From: the human T2T-CHM13v2.0 reference genome, Homo sapiens
Assembly: GCF_009914755.1 (NCBI RefSeq)
Contig: NC_060926.1
DNA: 64,000 nt
Reading direction: 5' to 3' (one strand)
Position 1 is the first letter of the stretch. Each line of letters opens with the position of its first letter. Made by a program: the position numbers and the translations under genes. A model generated the notes under the pieces. The model was not told where the DNA came from, did not search any database, and saw nothing but the letters and a program-made list of their open reading frames with translations. Below are positions 38,886-56,930 of this stretch, piece after piece.

Positions 38886-41800
38886 TTAAGAGCTATTTAT
38901 AGATTCTGATGTATTGATTTAAGATATGCTACAGATCATTTCACAACTAATTTTGACCACAAAGACATCTTCAAATCTTTATCTGATTTCTTTCTCCTCT
39001 AGTACGAAGTATACAGTATTTAGCTGCAGAAGGGAAAACAAAAACAAAAAAGCAAACAAGCACATGGTTTATTTCCAGACTGCATTAGAAAGTGACTTGA
39101 CTAAATCAAGCCCCAGCTCTCTCTGACGCTAGCTCTTTAAAACTTAACTTTTCAAGGGTACATGGTAGGTGCATAAAGAATCAAAACCTATCTTCTTTAC
39201 CATGCCCCATTAGAAAATTTTTGTCACTAGGTGTGTGCCATTCCATTATAGGTACAGTGCAGTTTCATAGAGTTGATGTGTGAAAGAAAATGAGGAATAA
39301 AAAGAAATGTAAATTGAGAGAGAACCAAAACCACATTTGGCAAATTAAACATTTAGAAGACATCTCTCAACAATTTCATTAACATGTTTTTCTGACCTCA
39401 GTTAAGTTGCATTTTCTTTAGTTGTCAGCTGAGGATAACTTGGTCTTTCATTTGCTCCTTTTGTTTATTTTTTTTTTCTGCTTTGCTTATTCATGAATTA
39501 ATTCAGTAGGGATGGGGTGCCTATAATCAAGTAATGAGTTTCTAGCATATCTTTAATTTTTTAAAATATTTGTGTCACATAATGCAGTTTGAAGGTTAAA
39601 CAGTACACCAAAAAGCAAGGAATGACCAGAGATATTCTTTTACTATGAGCAAAGTTGAGCAACTGTTGCTTATTTATTGCCAGATGTACTCCAGCGATTG
39701 TCGTGCTCTCAATTTTCTTCTTCTCAATTTGCACAGGGAGCTCTATTGGAACTATTTCATTAGGTATCATACAGGGTTGGAGAGTGAGAGGGAGTAGAGA
39801 GGGTATACATGTAGACTACCAGTAGTGTGTGGTCTGCCTCTGGTATTTAGAACAGAGAATAAATCTGCCTAGTTACTAGGGAGCAAGCAATATTTCTTGA
39901 ATGGTTCAATGGTGCCATCACTGATGTTATCAGTTTACATTGAGATTTCAGATTTTCAAGGTAGAAAAGTTTTTTGATTACTTACTATTGTTAGGCATAT
40001 TCTTGGTTTTCCTTATTAAGAGACAGGTAAATTTATTCTTCCATGTTTTTACAGATAAGGGAACTCACGTTCAAAGAGTTAGGCAACTTGTTCAAGATCG
40101 CACAACAAAGTAAATGAAAGATAAGGGGTTTAGATCCCTTATCCCTCTTAGCTTTCTATCTTTGTGATTGGCCAAATTAAAAATATTCAAACAGCTACAA
40201 TTTTACCTCGAGGAAGAATAATTTCCTATACCATACCTAATTGCACTTCAGCAATCCATAGAATGGTCCTTTAATTCATTTTTTCTTGACACAAAGATAT
40301 TTGCATGAAAATGAGCTAATTTCTTAGTGGCTTATCTGCTCACATTTTCCTTGTTCTTAATATGAAAGTACAAACATCAGTGCATGAAAGATACCAAATA
40401 AAGAATTAGTGGTCAGAACCTGGAAGAGAAAGCAAAAGCTAAAAGTCCCTGGAAACCAAAACGTGAGTTAAGAGGAATAGCATTGAAATTAGTAAGGCTC
40501 TTTTACTGGCAAACAGGGTATGAGCATGTGCCTGTAGGGAACAGCATGGTAAAAGTAGAGACATTTTAAGACTTTGTTAGTTCCTAACACTTACTTTTGG
40601 AAATCCTGCCTCGCATTATACCAAACTCACTTAAATGTGCCCACATGCCACATTAAATGCAATATCTGTGCAGTGAACAGAATGTAAATGCTTTTTATAG
40701 TTTTGTTTTTGAAATTGTTTAATTTATAGTTAGTTCCAATTTCTAAAGAATCATTGTGCTTACTGGGGAATTATTTTGAAATGAGATAATTTGACCTGCA
40801 GATTTCTCTCCAGGGTAATGAAATTGTTAGTAATATTAAATTTAATGAAAGAAACATAGCATTCCTTTTGTAGATATATATTTTGCTTTGTGTTTGAAAC
40901 CAATAACTTTTTAAAAAATAGAGCACTGCTTTTTAACTAGCAGCTTTATTAATATGTCATTCTTATACCACACAACTTACTCATTTAAAATGTACAATTC
41001 AATGATTTTTAGTACATTCACAGATATATGAGATCATCATAACAGTCAATTTTAGGACATTTTAATCACCTCAGAAAAACCCCCTGTGCTTTAGCTATTA
41101 TTGCTTTCACCCTCCATCTGCTCTCCAGCCCAAGGCAACCACTAATCAACATTCTATCTCGATGGACTTTCCAATTCTGGATATTTCATATGAATGAAAT
41201 AATATGTAATATTTTTGACTGACTTCTCTTACTTAGCATAATGTGTTCAAGATTCCTACATGTTATAGCATGTATCAGTAGTTCATTACTTATTATGGTT
41301 GAATGATGTTTCATTGTATGGATATATCATATTTTATTTGTCCATTCATCAGCTGATGGACATTTGAGTTGTTTCTGCCTTTTGGCTGTTGTGAACAGTG
41401 CTGCATGAACATCTGTATTCAGCTATTTGAATACCTGTTTTCAATTCTTTGGAGCATATACAAGGAGTGGACTTGCTGTGTGATATAACTATGTTTAAAT
41501 GTTTGAGAAAATGCTAGGCTCTTTTCCAAAGTGTCTGTACAATTTTACATTCTTACCAGTAGTGTATGAAGGTTCTGATTCTTCCACATCCTTGCCAATG
41601 CTTGTTATATTTGGCACTTGATTCTAAATTCCTAGTGGATGCAAAATGGTATCTCATTGTGGTTTCCATTTGCATTTTCCTGATGAGTAATGTTGTTGAG
41701 CAACTTTTCAAGTGCTTTTTGGCCATTTGTACATCTTCCTTGGAGAAATGCCTATTCAAATCTTTTGCCAATTTTTAAATTGAGCTATTTGTCATTTTAC

Positions 41801-42980
41801 TATTGAGTTGTAAAAGTCCATTGTATATTTGGTATACAAGTTCCTTATCGGGTATATGATTTGCAAATAATTTTTCACATCCTGTGGTTTGTCTTTTCAT
41901 TTTCTCAATGGTATCCTTTGAAGCACAAATGTTTCTAATTTTAATGAAGTCCACTTTATTTTTCCTTTTGTTGCTTATGCTTTTGATGTCATATTCCAAG
42001 AATCTTTGCCAAATCCAAGGTCATGAGGTTTACTCTTTGGTTTCTTCTAATGGCTTTGTAGTTTTAGCTCTTATTTTGAGGTCTTTATTTTGAGTTAGTT
42101 TTTGCATATGGTGTGAGGAAAGGGTCCAGCCTGATTCTTTTCTGTGTAGCTGTCTGGTAAATCCAGCACTCTCTTTTGAAAATACTCACATTAAATGGTC
42201 TTGGCATCCTTGTTGAAAATCAGTTGACCATAGATGCATGATTTTATTCTGAACTCCCGTTTCGATTCCATTCATGTGTATGTCTGTCCTTTTGCCAGTG
42301 TTGATTAACATTGCTTGGTAGTAAGTTTTGAAACTGGGTCATGTGAGAGCTCCTACTTCTTCAAGATTCTTTTGTCTATTCTGGACCCTATGTAATTCCA
42401 TATGAATTTTTAAAATTGGTTGGTCAATTTCTAAAAAAATATCAGCTGGGATTATTATGCAGATTGTGTTAAAAGTTGGAAGATCAATTTGGGGAATATT
42501 GCCATTATAACACTATTGTCTTCGAATCCATGATGTGAACCTTTTCCCATTTATTTGTATCTTCTTCAGTTTCTTTCAAAAATGTTTATGGATTTCAAAG
42601 TATAAGTTTTGCACTTATTTTGCTAAATTTATTCCTACATATTTAATTATTTTGATGCTATTATGAATGGAATTGTATTCTTATTTTCATTTCTGGATTG
42701 TTCATTGTTAGTGTGTAGAAATAATATTGATTTTTATATATTGACCTCATATCCTACAACCTTGCTGAGCTAACTTATTAGTTCTAGTAGTTTTCTAGTG
42801 GATTTCTTAGGACTTTCTGTACACAGCATCATATCATCTGTGAACAGAGATAGTTGTACTTCTTACTTTCCAATCTGGATGCCTTTTATTTCTTTTTCTT
42901 GACTAAATGTCTTTATTAGAACCTCTACTACAGTTTTCAATGAAAGTGGTAAAAGTGAATATGTTTGTCTTGTTCCTGAT

Positions 42981-44345
42981 TTTGATATTATGATATAATA
43001 AATACATATTGGTCTCTGCCCCTGGTTCCCGACATAGAGCTCCAAAACCCTTGTAGGTAGGGGTATTAGGATAACCTTTTGTTCTAATATTTGGTCTTTG
43101 ACTCCAGTTCCTGACACAGAGTTCCTAAGACCTTTGTAATTTCCTGAGTGATAGGAGCATGATATGGTTTGAATGATGGTGTCTCCTCCAAAATTCATGT
43201 TGAAACTGAATCCCCAATGCAACAGTATTAACAGGTGTAACGTTAGGAAGATGATTAAATCATAAGAGATCCACCTTCATAAATGGAATTAGCACCCTTA
43301 TAAAAGGCTCTTCTACCCTTCTGCCATGTGAGGACCCAGTGTTTGTCCCCATTTTTGCCTTCCTTCTCTTCTTCTCTTTTTTGCCATTCTATCTTTTGCT
43401 ATTTGAGGATGCAGCAAGAAGGCCCTCATCAGACACCAAATGATGGTGCCTTGATCTTGGACTTATCAGCTTTCATAACTGTGAGAATAAATTTCTGTTT
43501 GTTTTTTGTTTTAACAAATTACCTTATCTGTGGTATTCTCTTATAGCAGCACCAATAAACTAAGGGCATCTGATACAGAGCTCCTACATTTCTTGGAATG
43601 TCCTTCAGGGTAGGAACATCTTTTGTTCTAATAAGGAAACTCTTACTGAGCTCCTTGACAGCCTCATGATGAGAGTTGGTTGCCAGGGGAATCAGCCTTA
43701 TGGTTAGAGAGTTGGAACTTTCAGTCTCATTCCTTAGCCTCTTGGGAGGTAAGAGGGGTTGAAATTTGAGTTGATCACCAATGGCCAACAATTTAATCAG
43801 TCATAACTATATAATGAAGTTGCCATAAAAACCCAAAGGACAGGGTATAGAGAGCTTCTGTATTGCTGAACACACAGAGGTCTCAGGAAGGAGGTATGCC
43901 CAAAGGGGCCATGAAAGCTCTGCATGTTTCCCTGAACCCCATCCCTTGCCCTATGCATCTCTTCATCTGGTCATTCATCTGCATTCTTTGTAATATCATT
44001 TATAATAAATGTAAACCTAAGTGTATCCCTGGTAACCTAAATAAGTGTTTCTGTGAGCCTTCCTAGCAAATTAATCAGATCCAAATTGGGAGTTTTTAGG
44101 AACCCTAATTTATAGCCAGTCAGTCAAAATAGGTGATAGCTTACTAGTTGCAATTGACACCTGAAGTTGGGGGCAGCTAGATAGTGTCAAAATTGAGATA
44201 AATTATAGGACACTCAGTTGGAGTTCGTTGGAGAACCCGTTGTTGGGGAGAAAAGCCACACACACTTTGGTGACCAGAGTATTGCACTCTGTGATGAGTT
44301 ATGTGAGAATAGGATAAAACTTTTCAGTTTTGTTTATCTCTTACA
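42981..44345 (+). mobile_element. MER21-family solo LTR containing a nested MST LTR
   Basis: (T)TGATATTATGATATAATAAATAC...TTACA. 5-bp TSD CTGAT at 42976-42980 and 44346-44350 splits the L1 motif TTGTTCCTGAT|TTTAGGGGGAA. Confidence 0.8.
43160..43564 (+). mobile_element. MSTC/MSTD-like MaLR LTR
   Basis: TGATATGGTTTGAATG...CCAAAATTCATGTTGAAAC...ATAGCAGCACCAATAAACTAAG. Confidence 0.8.
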
Positions 44346-45705
44346 CTGATTTTAGGGGGAAGACATGTAGTCTTTTGATATTATGTATGATGTTAGCCAA
44401 GCTGTATAGTTTTTGTAGATGAACTTTATTGAGTTGAGGAAATTTCCTTCTATTTCTTGTTTGCTGAATGTCTTTTTATGAAAATGTACTGGATTTTGTA
44501 AAACGGTTTTCTACATTTATTGAGATGCCTATGTGATTTTTAAAATTTTACTGATATGGTGCATTATATTAATAGATTTTCAGGTGTTAAGCTAACTTAT
44601 TAATCCCATGGGGTTATGATGTATAATTTTTTATATGTTACTGGATTCAGTGTACTGGCATTTTGTGGAGGATATCTGCATTCATATTCACAAGAGATAT
44701 AACTCTGTAGGATTTTTTTTCCCCCTATGATGTCTTTGTCTGATTTTGGTATCAGGGTAATACTGGCCTCATAAAGTGAGTTGGGAAGTATTCCTCTTTT
44801 TCTATTTTTCTGGAAGTGTTTGTGAGGAATTAGTATTAATTCATTACGTGTTTTGTAGAAATCACCAGTGAAGCCATATGGATCTTGGCTTTCCTTTGTG
44901 GGTAGTTTCTTGATTACTAATGCACTCTCTTCACTTATTATAGGTCTATTCAGATTGCCTATATATTTTTGAGTCAGTTTTGGTAGTTTATGCCTTTCTA
45001 GGAATTTGTCCATTTCATCTAAGTAATCTAACTTATTGGCATACAATTGTTCATAGCATTCCTTTAGAACACTTTTTAATTTCTGTAAGGCCGGTAGTAA
45101 TAGCTCCTCTTTCATTTATGATTCTAGTAATTTTAGTCTTTTTCCTGGATTTATCTATCTAAAGATTTACAAATTTTGATTTTTATAAAAAAACAGGTTT
45201 TAGTGCCATTTATTTTCCTTATTGTTTTTGTATCCTCATTTTCCTAATTTCTCCTCTGGTCTTCATTATTTCCTTTCTCTGCTTGCTTTAAGTTTATTTT
45301 GCTCTTGTTTTTCCAGCATTTTAGGTGAAAGGTTAGGTTTTTGAGTTGAGATATTTCTTCTTTCTTAATTTAGGTATTTTTAGGCATAAATTTTTCTCTA
45401 AGCACTGCATTAGCTACCTCCCATAAGTTTTGATATGTTATATCTTCATTTTCATTTATCTCAAAATATTTTCTTATTTATCTTTTGATTTCTTCATTGA
45501 CCTATTGGCTATTTAGGAGCATATTGTTTAATTTCCACATATTTGTGATTTTTCCCAATTTTTATTGTTATTGATATTTACTTTCATTCTGTTTTGATTG
45601 GAAAACATACTTTTTTTATTTCTACCTTTGACGTTTTTTTGAGACTCATCTTGTGGACTATCCTGGAGAATCTTCCATGTGCAGTTGAGAAGAATGTGTA
45701 TTCTG

Positions 45706-46081
<376 letters not shown>

Positions 46082-48515
46082 TTATTTTAGTCTTCTATTT
46101 TCTTATTAATCTATGTGGTTGTTCTATCCAGTATTCAAATTTGAGTATTAAAATCTTTATCATTATTGAATTGTCTGTTTTTCCTTTTGTATCTGTCAGT
46201 TAATAACTCTTTTATATTCCCACTTTTCTTAGGTCCTTACATATCACAGGCCATGGTCACTGTGCTACCTAATGGGAAAATGGTGCAAGCTAAAAGGTCC
46301 CCGCCGGCAAGGCCTGACTATCTCAACAGATATAAAACTATTTTGTGAAAGTTATTGCTGCTGAAACTTCTGAATTTCCAGTGACCTAATTTATAATCTA
46401 GTGATCAAAGGGGAGCCCCAAATTCCAGTTGCAAGAAGAAAGGAAGGAGAAAGCTTTTTTAGCTTACTAGAAACTAAAAACCAGAAGACATTCTATGTAT
46501 GAGCTGGGGAAAAAAGAGAGAGAAAGATTTATTGCTTCGATATGATATATGGAAGAAACAAAATAAGAAAAGAACAAGAAACAATTACAGAACAATGTAA
46601 TTTATTGTTAGGGGAAAGAACCAGATAACCACTCAAAAGCCTTATTTGCTTCTATCAAACCCACATACCCTCTAGTCACTATTTCCGTACTTAGAGTCTC
46701 AGGAGACACAAAAATGAAAACACTCCTAGTCAAATGCACTGTTCATTTCTAAATAGGGTTTCTATGCCAAATCTTTTTTTTCCACTTTTTTTTTTCCAGA
46801 TGAGTTAGACATACATACCCTTTTAAAAATAATCCTTAAATTACCTTAAGAGTCAGGTCTGGGCATCCCCATACCCTGGTCTCCTCAGCTAACTATAGTC
46901 AGGGTTGTCCTGAAACAAAAGGCCGGGTTACCAAATGTTTACCAGGAGAGAATAAAAAGTGTTGGATGTAACATCACATTCCTATAATCTTTTAATTCAA
47001 TTGATAAAGAATTCCATCTGCTTGTATTTGGGAAAGGAGTGAGTTCAAGGGATCATTTCCTGGTGGTCTCACTGTGTACTCTTTGTGAGCAGCTTTGTGC
47101 CTTGGCACAAAACTGAATCTTTGCTTCTGGCGTTTGAAGTTGGGGGTTCTTGGTCACCAACTTGACAAAGGTTCTTGTGGAAAAATACTGGGATCTTATG
47201 AACTTGTTTTTAATATATTTGTGTTTAATAATAGAATCACAGAGTTAAAGTTAAGTTAAAATTAACTTTAACTTAATACTAATAACAAATTTTAAGCAAA
47301 AAACGTCTAAAAAGAGTAGAATATATAATAAGTTTTTGATTAGAAGTTAGTGTGAAGTAAGAACCTCAGTAATGAAGCCCTGCTTGAGGTGGGCTAATCA
47401 GATGAGGACATTACACAGGAGGACTCAGCCCACCAGGTGACATTAAGAGAGATTTGAGTACTGAGGGGTCTTCACAAAGAGACAAAGCAGAGAGTAGATA
47501 ATATTTTCTGGGGGCCAAAAAACCTTTTGCATTTTCATAAATTTGCTTACAGCCAACTCTGCCTTGTTGACATCAAACTGAACATCACAATTTCTGGATC
47601 TTAGGACATATAAAAGTCAAAATATTATATTAGCTAGTTAATTTTTAAGTAACATCACTTGTTACTTTGGGACACTTTCTCAGATTGCATCATCCATGAC
47701 AGCAAGTAATGGTAGACATTTATTACTTTTAATGATCCAAATGAGTGTTCCATGTACTCCCCATGCTGTTCCCCAGGGTTACTCAGAGTAAGTCTTTGGG
47801 AATACAGGGATTCTATGGAACGTTCACTTTGAGTTGCCTGTAGGGCTTTCTGGTTTGAGAAATGAGTCTTTAGAAACCTAGCAATCTTTAGAGACACTTT
47901 TAATTATCTGATCATAGCAAGAATTCTAGGAGGAAATATCCTTTGTAGTACTCTAATTACCCTTAGAATCACAATTGAGATGGTATCGATTATAAAAGGT
48001 AAAAATAATACCCAAAGATCTGTTCCTAAGGCCCCAAACGCTCCTAGAATACGTTGTCCCACTCCTTGAGGACAAACAAATTAAAGACCAGTCTTCTGAG
48101 CTTTGTCACCAGAGTCTGAGGCTGCATTGAGGCTGATGAAGTTAAAGATGTTATGATTTACAGATGAGAATGTTGAATCTTAGTCAGGTTAAGAGCCTGA
48201 GGTCTCCAAATGGCATAGCTCAGGGTTTTTGACTGGACTACAGTTTTCTTTCCACTATGTTATGACTATTAACACTTTATTATTTTATGTTTCATTTATT
48301 TTTTTAAAAATGGCTGTGGTCAAAGGAATTTCCCTACCATAACATATGAAGTTAGTCTGATTTGAGTCAAAGGAATGAAGTCTCAGGAAAATTTCCAAAT
48401 AGAAAAGGAAGAGAGAGAGAAAAAAAGAAAAAAAAAGTAGATTAAGTATTATATATCAAAGACTTATTTACAATAAAGAACCAATAGATACCTGAGAGTT
48501 GTTTTATTAAATATA

Positions 48516-48595
48516 TTATGTTGGTGCAAAAGTAATCATGTTTTTTGCCATTCAAAGTAATGGCAAAACTGCGATTACTTTTGTGCCAATCCAAA
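48516..48595. mobile_element. MADE1 mariner MITE (80-bp palindrome)
   Basis: TA|TTATGTTGGTGCAAAAGTAATC...TTTTTGCCATT...AATGGCAAAACTGCGATTACTTTTGTGCCAATCCAAA|TA with TA TSD. Confidence 0.92.
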
Positions 48596-48668
48596 TAGAT
48601 TTAATTTAAAGTTCTACAGGGACTTACTGGAAAAAAGGTGTTGCCTATCATTGAATTAAAAAGAGCCT

Positions 48669-49537
48669 CAATAAAGGGCATCCAGATCAGTAAAGAGGAA
48701 GTCAAACTGTAACTGTTTGCTGATGATATCATTGTTTACCTAGAAAACTCTAAAGACTCTTCTAGAAAGCTCCTAGAACTGATAAAAGATTTCAGCAAAG
48801 TTTCTGGATACAAAATTAATGTACACAAATCAGTAGCTCCTCTTCACACCAACAGTGACCAAGATGAGAATCAAATCAAGAACTCAACCCCTTTTACAAT
48901 TGCTACGAATAAAATAAAATAAAATACCTAGGAATATACCTCACCTAGGGGATGAAAGACCTTTACAAGGAAAACTACAAAACACTGCTGAAAGAAATCA
49001 TAGATGACACAAACAAATGGAAACACATTCCATGCTCATAGATGAGTAGAATCAATATTGTGAAAATGAACATACTGCCAAAAGCAATCTACAAATTCAA
49101 TGCAACTCCTGTCAAAATACCACCATGATTCTTCACAGAGTTAGAAAAAACGATCCTAAAATTCATATGGAAGCAAAAAACAGCTTGCATAGCCAAAGCA
49201 AGACTAAGCAAAAGAACACATCTGGAGGCATCACATTACCTGATTTCAAACTATGCTATAAGGCCATAGTCACCAAAACAGCATGGTACTGATATAAAAA
49301 TAGGCACACAGACCAAGGGAACAGAATAGAGAACCCAGAAATAAACCCAAATACTTAACAGCCCCAACTGATCTTCGACAAAGAAAAAAAAAAAAAAAGA
49401 AAACAAACAAAACCATAAAGTGGGGAAAGAACACTTTATTAAACAAATGGTGCTAGAATAATTGGCAAGCCACATGTAGAAGAATGATGAAACTGGATCT
49501 TCATCTCTCACCTTATAAAAAAATCAACTTAAGAATG
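48669..49537 (+). mobile_element. Internal L1 ORF2 fragment (L1PB-like)
   Basis: AAAGGGCATCCAGATCAGTAAAGAGGAAGTCAAACTG...TTTGCTGATGAT (FADD motif) through AAAAATCAACTTAAGA. No 3' UTR or poly(A). Confidence 0.85.
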
Positions 49538-49543
49538 GTAATA

Positions 49544-49938
49544 TAGATTGAGCATTCCTAATCTGAAAATTCAAAATCTGAAATGCTTCAAAATCCAAAA
49601 CTTTTTCAGTGCCAATTTCCCATCCTCCTGCAGCTGCAATATATCTTTTCTCACATGCCCAGATTTCTCTACACAAGGGGGGATGAAAAGACAAGGGGTA
49701 ATAAAATGTTATGTGTGCAGGCCAGACACGCTGATGTCCTACATGAGGCCAAGACCTATGTGTATTACTCACTGTTTTTTTTTTATTCTCTGCTCTGTGG
49801 TTTAAAGATACTGTTGAAAATGTCAAAAGGCCTACATAACACCCATAGGGTAGTGCAAATGTTCCAAAGTCTGAAAAAATCCAAAATCTAAAACACTTCT
49901 GGTCCCAAGCATTTCAGATAAAGGATACTCTATCTGTA
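49544..49938. mobile_element. Tigger4b (MER46B)-like DNA transposon
   Basis: Inverted termini TAGATTGAGCATTCCTAATCTGAAA and TTTCAGATAAAGGATACTCTATCTG, flanked by TA. Confidence 0.85.
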
Positions 49939-49939
49939 A

Positions 49940-50180
49940 TAACCAACAATTATTGAATGCATATACCATGACAATTATTTGCTAAGTCCTTTTTGTGGAT
50001 TGTGTCTTTTATTCTAATAGTATCCCCATGAACTAGGCTATCTAATCATCTTCATTTCAAAGATGAAACTGAGACACAGAAAGATCAGTGACTTGTTTAA
50101 GGTCACACAGCTAGGAGTGATAAAGCTGGATTTGAGTCTAGATCATCGGAGTCTAAAGCTTCATACTCTTAAGAACTGTG
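49940..50180 (-). mobile_element. MIR
   Basis: GATGAAACTGAGACACAGAAAG...GACTTGTTTAAGGTCACACAGCTAG. Confidence 0.75.
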
Positions 50181-51016
50181 AGTTATGATACCTTTATTTA
50201 TATGTTTATGGATTTATATTTATGTGGTCCATTTGGAGTACTTCTTCTTAAATGATCTATTCCTATCCTTTGCTCTTTGTTTTATTTACATAACAGCTTG
50301 ATCAAATTTTATTACCTAAGTAAGAGTGATACTTCTTGATTGTGTTTCCAATGCCTTGGACTTGTAGCACATCAAAAGACCAATTTGTAGTGGATTAACA
50401 TGAAATGGCTTTCATAATGTTTAGACATTTTCTAGCTTATAAAATTATTGTGTTGTAAACTATTAGGAATTACTTCATATAGTTTGTGTTTTCATAATGG
50501 AGAAAATTCTGGGTCTTCATTCTCAATGTTCCCAAATAGTAATTTAGAAAATGCTTATGAGATTTTAAAAATGAATATTTAGTGGTTAAGTCTACTTAAG
50601 ATATTCTTAAATAAAACACTTAAAAACCCACAATTTTATTTTTTCCAAGGATACGTAGTTGCTGTGAATATTTTAATCTTTGAGAATATTGCATAATTTT
50701 AACTGGCAGAAAACATAAATGTACCAACCAAGTTAAAAATTATGAAGAGAAGCTTCCAAGAAAAATTGTCAAGCTCAGATGTTGACTTCCTTTATCCTGT
50801 TGATACAGTAAAGGTCATTGGTTCCAGTTAATATGACCTGGTTAGTTTTACAGAAATGAATGTTACAGACCAAATCCTGCCCTTTCTCTTCACTTTCTTG
50901 CACTGATTTGTTTACTGGTTAACATAATTTTTGCCTTTTGCTGTTTTCACTATTAAATTGGTTTTTCAAAGGAATATGGAAAAATTGCTTGACTTCAGTA
51001 ATGTAAACCAGCCAGA

Positions 51017-51060
51017 ACACACACACACACAAACACACACATATGCACACACACACACAC
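51017..51060. repeat. Interrupted (CA)n microsatellite
   Basis: Read directly. Confidence 0.9.
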
Positions 51061-52625
51061 GTGCATAGCCTTCTGTCTGAAGCCAAATGAATATTTCAAA
51101 TGTTACTCTCAGTTGTTTGAGTCTAGAATTATATGACAACAGAAACTGTGCTATTAAGACAGGAAGTAAAAGAGGAAACCTTTGCTAAAGCAGTGGCTAA
51201 TTATGTAATTAAGTAGTGGAACATTACTTTGGAAATGCTTAGTTAACATCTCTGCTATGATGTTTGCAGAATGTCTGCCATAAATGTAGGTGAGACCACG
51301 AAACATTTGCTTGGCTGACATAGGCAACACTGGACTTTGGCCCAAACAGTTGATGGATGTCCCATTCATAAGAGTAGATACAGATATTGCCCCTCAGTTC
51401 AGATCTCTACCTTCCTTTTCCCTACATCGGCCCAGGCTATTGTCTCCCCGGTGGCTTTCCTGTCTCTAGCTTTCTCAAAATTGTTTCATCCATTGTTCAT
51501 TCTCTGCGTCTTTTCAGGTAGGTTCCATGGAGACAGGAGGAGAAAGATTGAGGAGATGTAGGGGAAAGTAAGTCTGTAAGCCACTGATGCAAATGTTTCC
51601 TTTCCTACCCTTATCCTCTCTCCACCTCGGGGTAGTTTCAGAGTATTCCTCGTCACCTCTCCACAAGTCTCCCTTTTGCCTGTTCAGCTTCCTAACTACA
51701 AACTATGCCTCATCTGCTCTTACGAAATGCTTGGGGATTCTTCTGAACATGAGGCAAATTTTACTACATAAACCTTCCATTATCATCTGCATCATTATTA
51801 TCTTTGCTACTAGAGTGGAAGCAGAAGAAAGAAAAAAAAAAACCCCTAGATAGATAGTAAGCAATTTTTTTAGTCACATTTTACCTTTAATTACCAAAAC
51901 TGTGAGAAAAACCATAAAAATAGTTTCATGCTTGCTTTAAGACAAGGAGAATAGGGCAAATGCTGTGAGATTACTAAATTTCTCATTTGTTGAGGGAAAG
52001 GCTCTAGACAGAAGCAAAAGATGTGGTATTAAATGTAGAAGTAGCCTGACCAATTCTTGAGGCTTTTAGGAGGTGATAGGGCACTGTCCAAGATGGTAAC
52101 CTCATTTATCATCATTCCTAGGAGCCTCTGATTTCAGTTAACAAGATCTCTATCAAGTCACCACATTCTGCTGGAGGCCCTCCCTAGCCCATGAGAACTG
52201 CATCAGGTGCTTGGATCTAGGAGTAGGAGAAGGTCCTAGGGAGAAAACTGATGAACAACAGCTGATTTTACTGTGTTGATGTGTTTCATTTGGCCAATAT
52301 GGAGTCCTTTTCTTTGTTTTATTACTTTGAAGGATTTTAGGTGTAGAATATGCACTCTTCAGTTTACCAATCTCCCCACCACTCTCTGGTACCAAATACA
52401 TTACAGTTTCAGTTATTTATGTTGGTTGCCCAATGTTGAAGACATTTATGATTCTGATTACAATTCCATAGCTGGAAAAGCAGTATAGAGAGGCACATTC
52501 TTACTTCCTCCCTGGGTTTATGTAGAGTGGGGTCTTTTGTAACCCTATAGTGAGGAAGAGGGGAAAGGGCTGCTCTCTGATGCCCCTTAAGTGTTGTTTT
52601 ATTGTTTCATTTGCCTTTCTTCTTC

Positions 52626-52762
52626 TTATTATTATTTATTTTTAAATAGAGATGGGGTTTCGCTGTGTTGCCCAGGCTGATCTCAAACTCCTGGGTTCAA
52701 GCAATTCTCCCTCCTCAGCCTCCAGGGTAGTCGGGACTACAGGTGCATGCTACCAGGCCCAA
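52626..52762 (-). mobile_element. FLAM (free left Alu monomer)
   Basis: AGAGATGGGGTTTCGCTGTGTTGCCCAGGCTG...GGGACTACAGGTGCATG, single monomer length. Confidence 0.85.
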
Positions 52763-53477
52763 TTTAGTTTTGTTTCTAATTTTGTTTTTCTTAAGCTTAA
52801 CTCCTATAGGTAGGCTCATAGACTGCATTCTTACCCATGGTCTGTCTCCTTTCACACTCAAGCCTACATTTTGCTATACTAACAAATGTGTTTTTCTGCT
52901 ATACTAAGTGTTCATGCTGAAATGCTGAATACAGTTCCCCATAGAAATGTGTGTGTATTTTTACATACTTTCTTTTGAAAAATCAACAACAAAATAGAGC
53001 AATATAAATTCTGACACACCCACATTTCCCTGACTTCATAAGCTTTTTTCTTTAGCAAAAACAGTTCAACTGAAAAGGACTTATTTGTTGAAAGTTGTAG
53101 TTTTAGATTGATTTATGTTTCAGTAAAAGATAATATTTGTTAATTGGGGTTCAAATATGTACTTTTTTCTTAATGTATTACCTATAATTTTAATGTAATA
53201 AACAGAAAGTATTACTATAAGAAATTTAAATCTTAACCTCATTTGTTTTGTAACTGAAAATGTAATCTATTTTCTTTTTACTGCTGGCTATTAACTGGTA
53301 GATTTTGTGGATAGTGTGACTGTTTGGCTACAAACAAAAAATGAAAGATAAAGAACTTTAAAAAGTCTAAGAATAGCGTAAGAAAAAGTCTTTCTTCTTT
53401 CCTAATTTCCCTGTAAAAATCAACAAAGCAGTGAGCTGTCTTAATTTCCAGGGAGAAGTGAGAGAGAGCTAGACACA

Positions 53478-56930
<3,453 letters not shown>

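Noticed and set aside
38900-39900. Repeat-poor island as a candidate enhancer or exon
   Set aside because: No sequence-only evidence; needs conservation or chromatin data.
47243-47273. 12-bp AT-rich hairpin AGTTAAAGTTAA / TTAACTTTAACT
   Set aside because: Short and low-complexity; plausible by chance or slippage.
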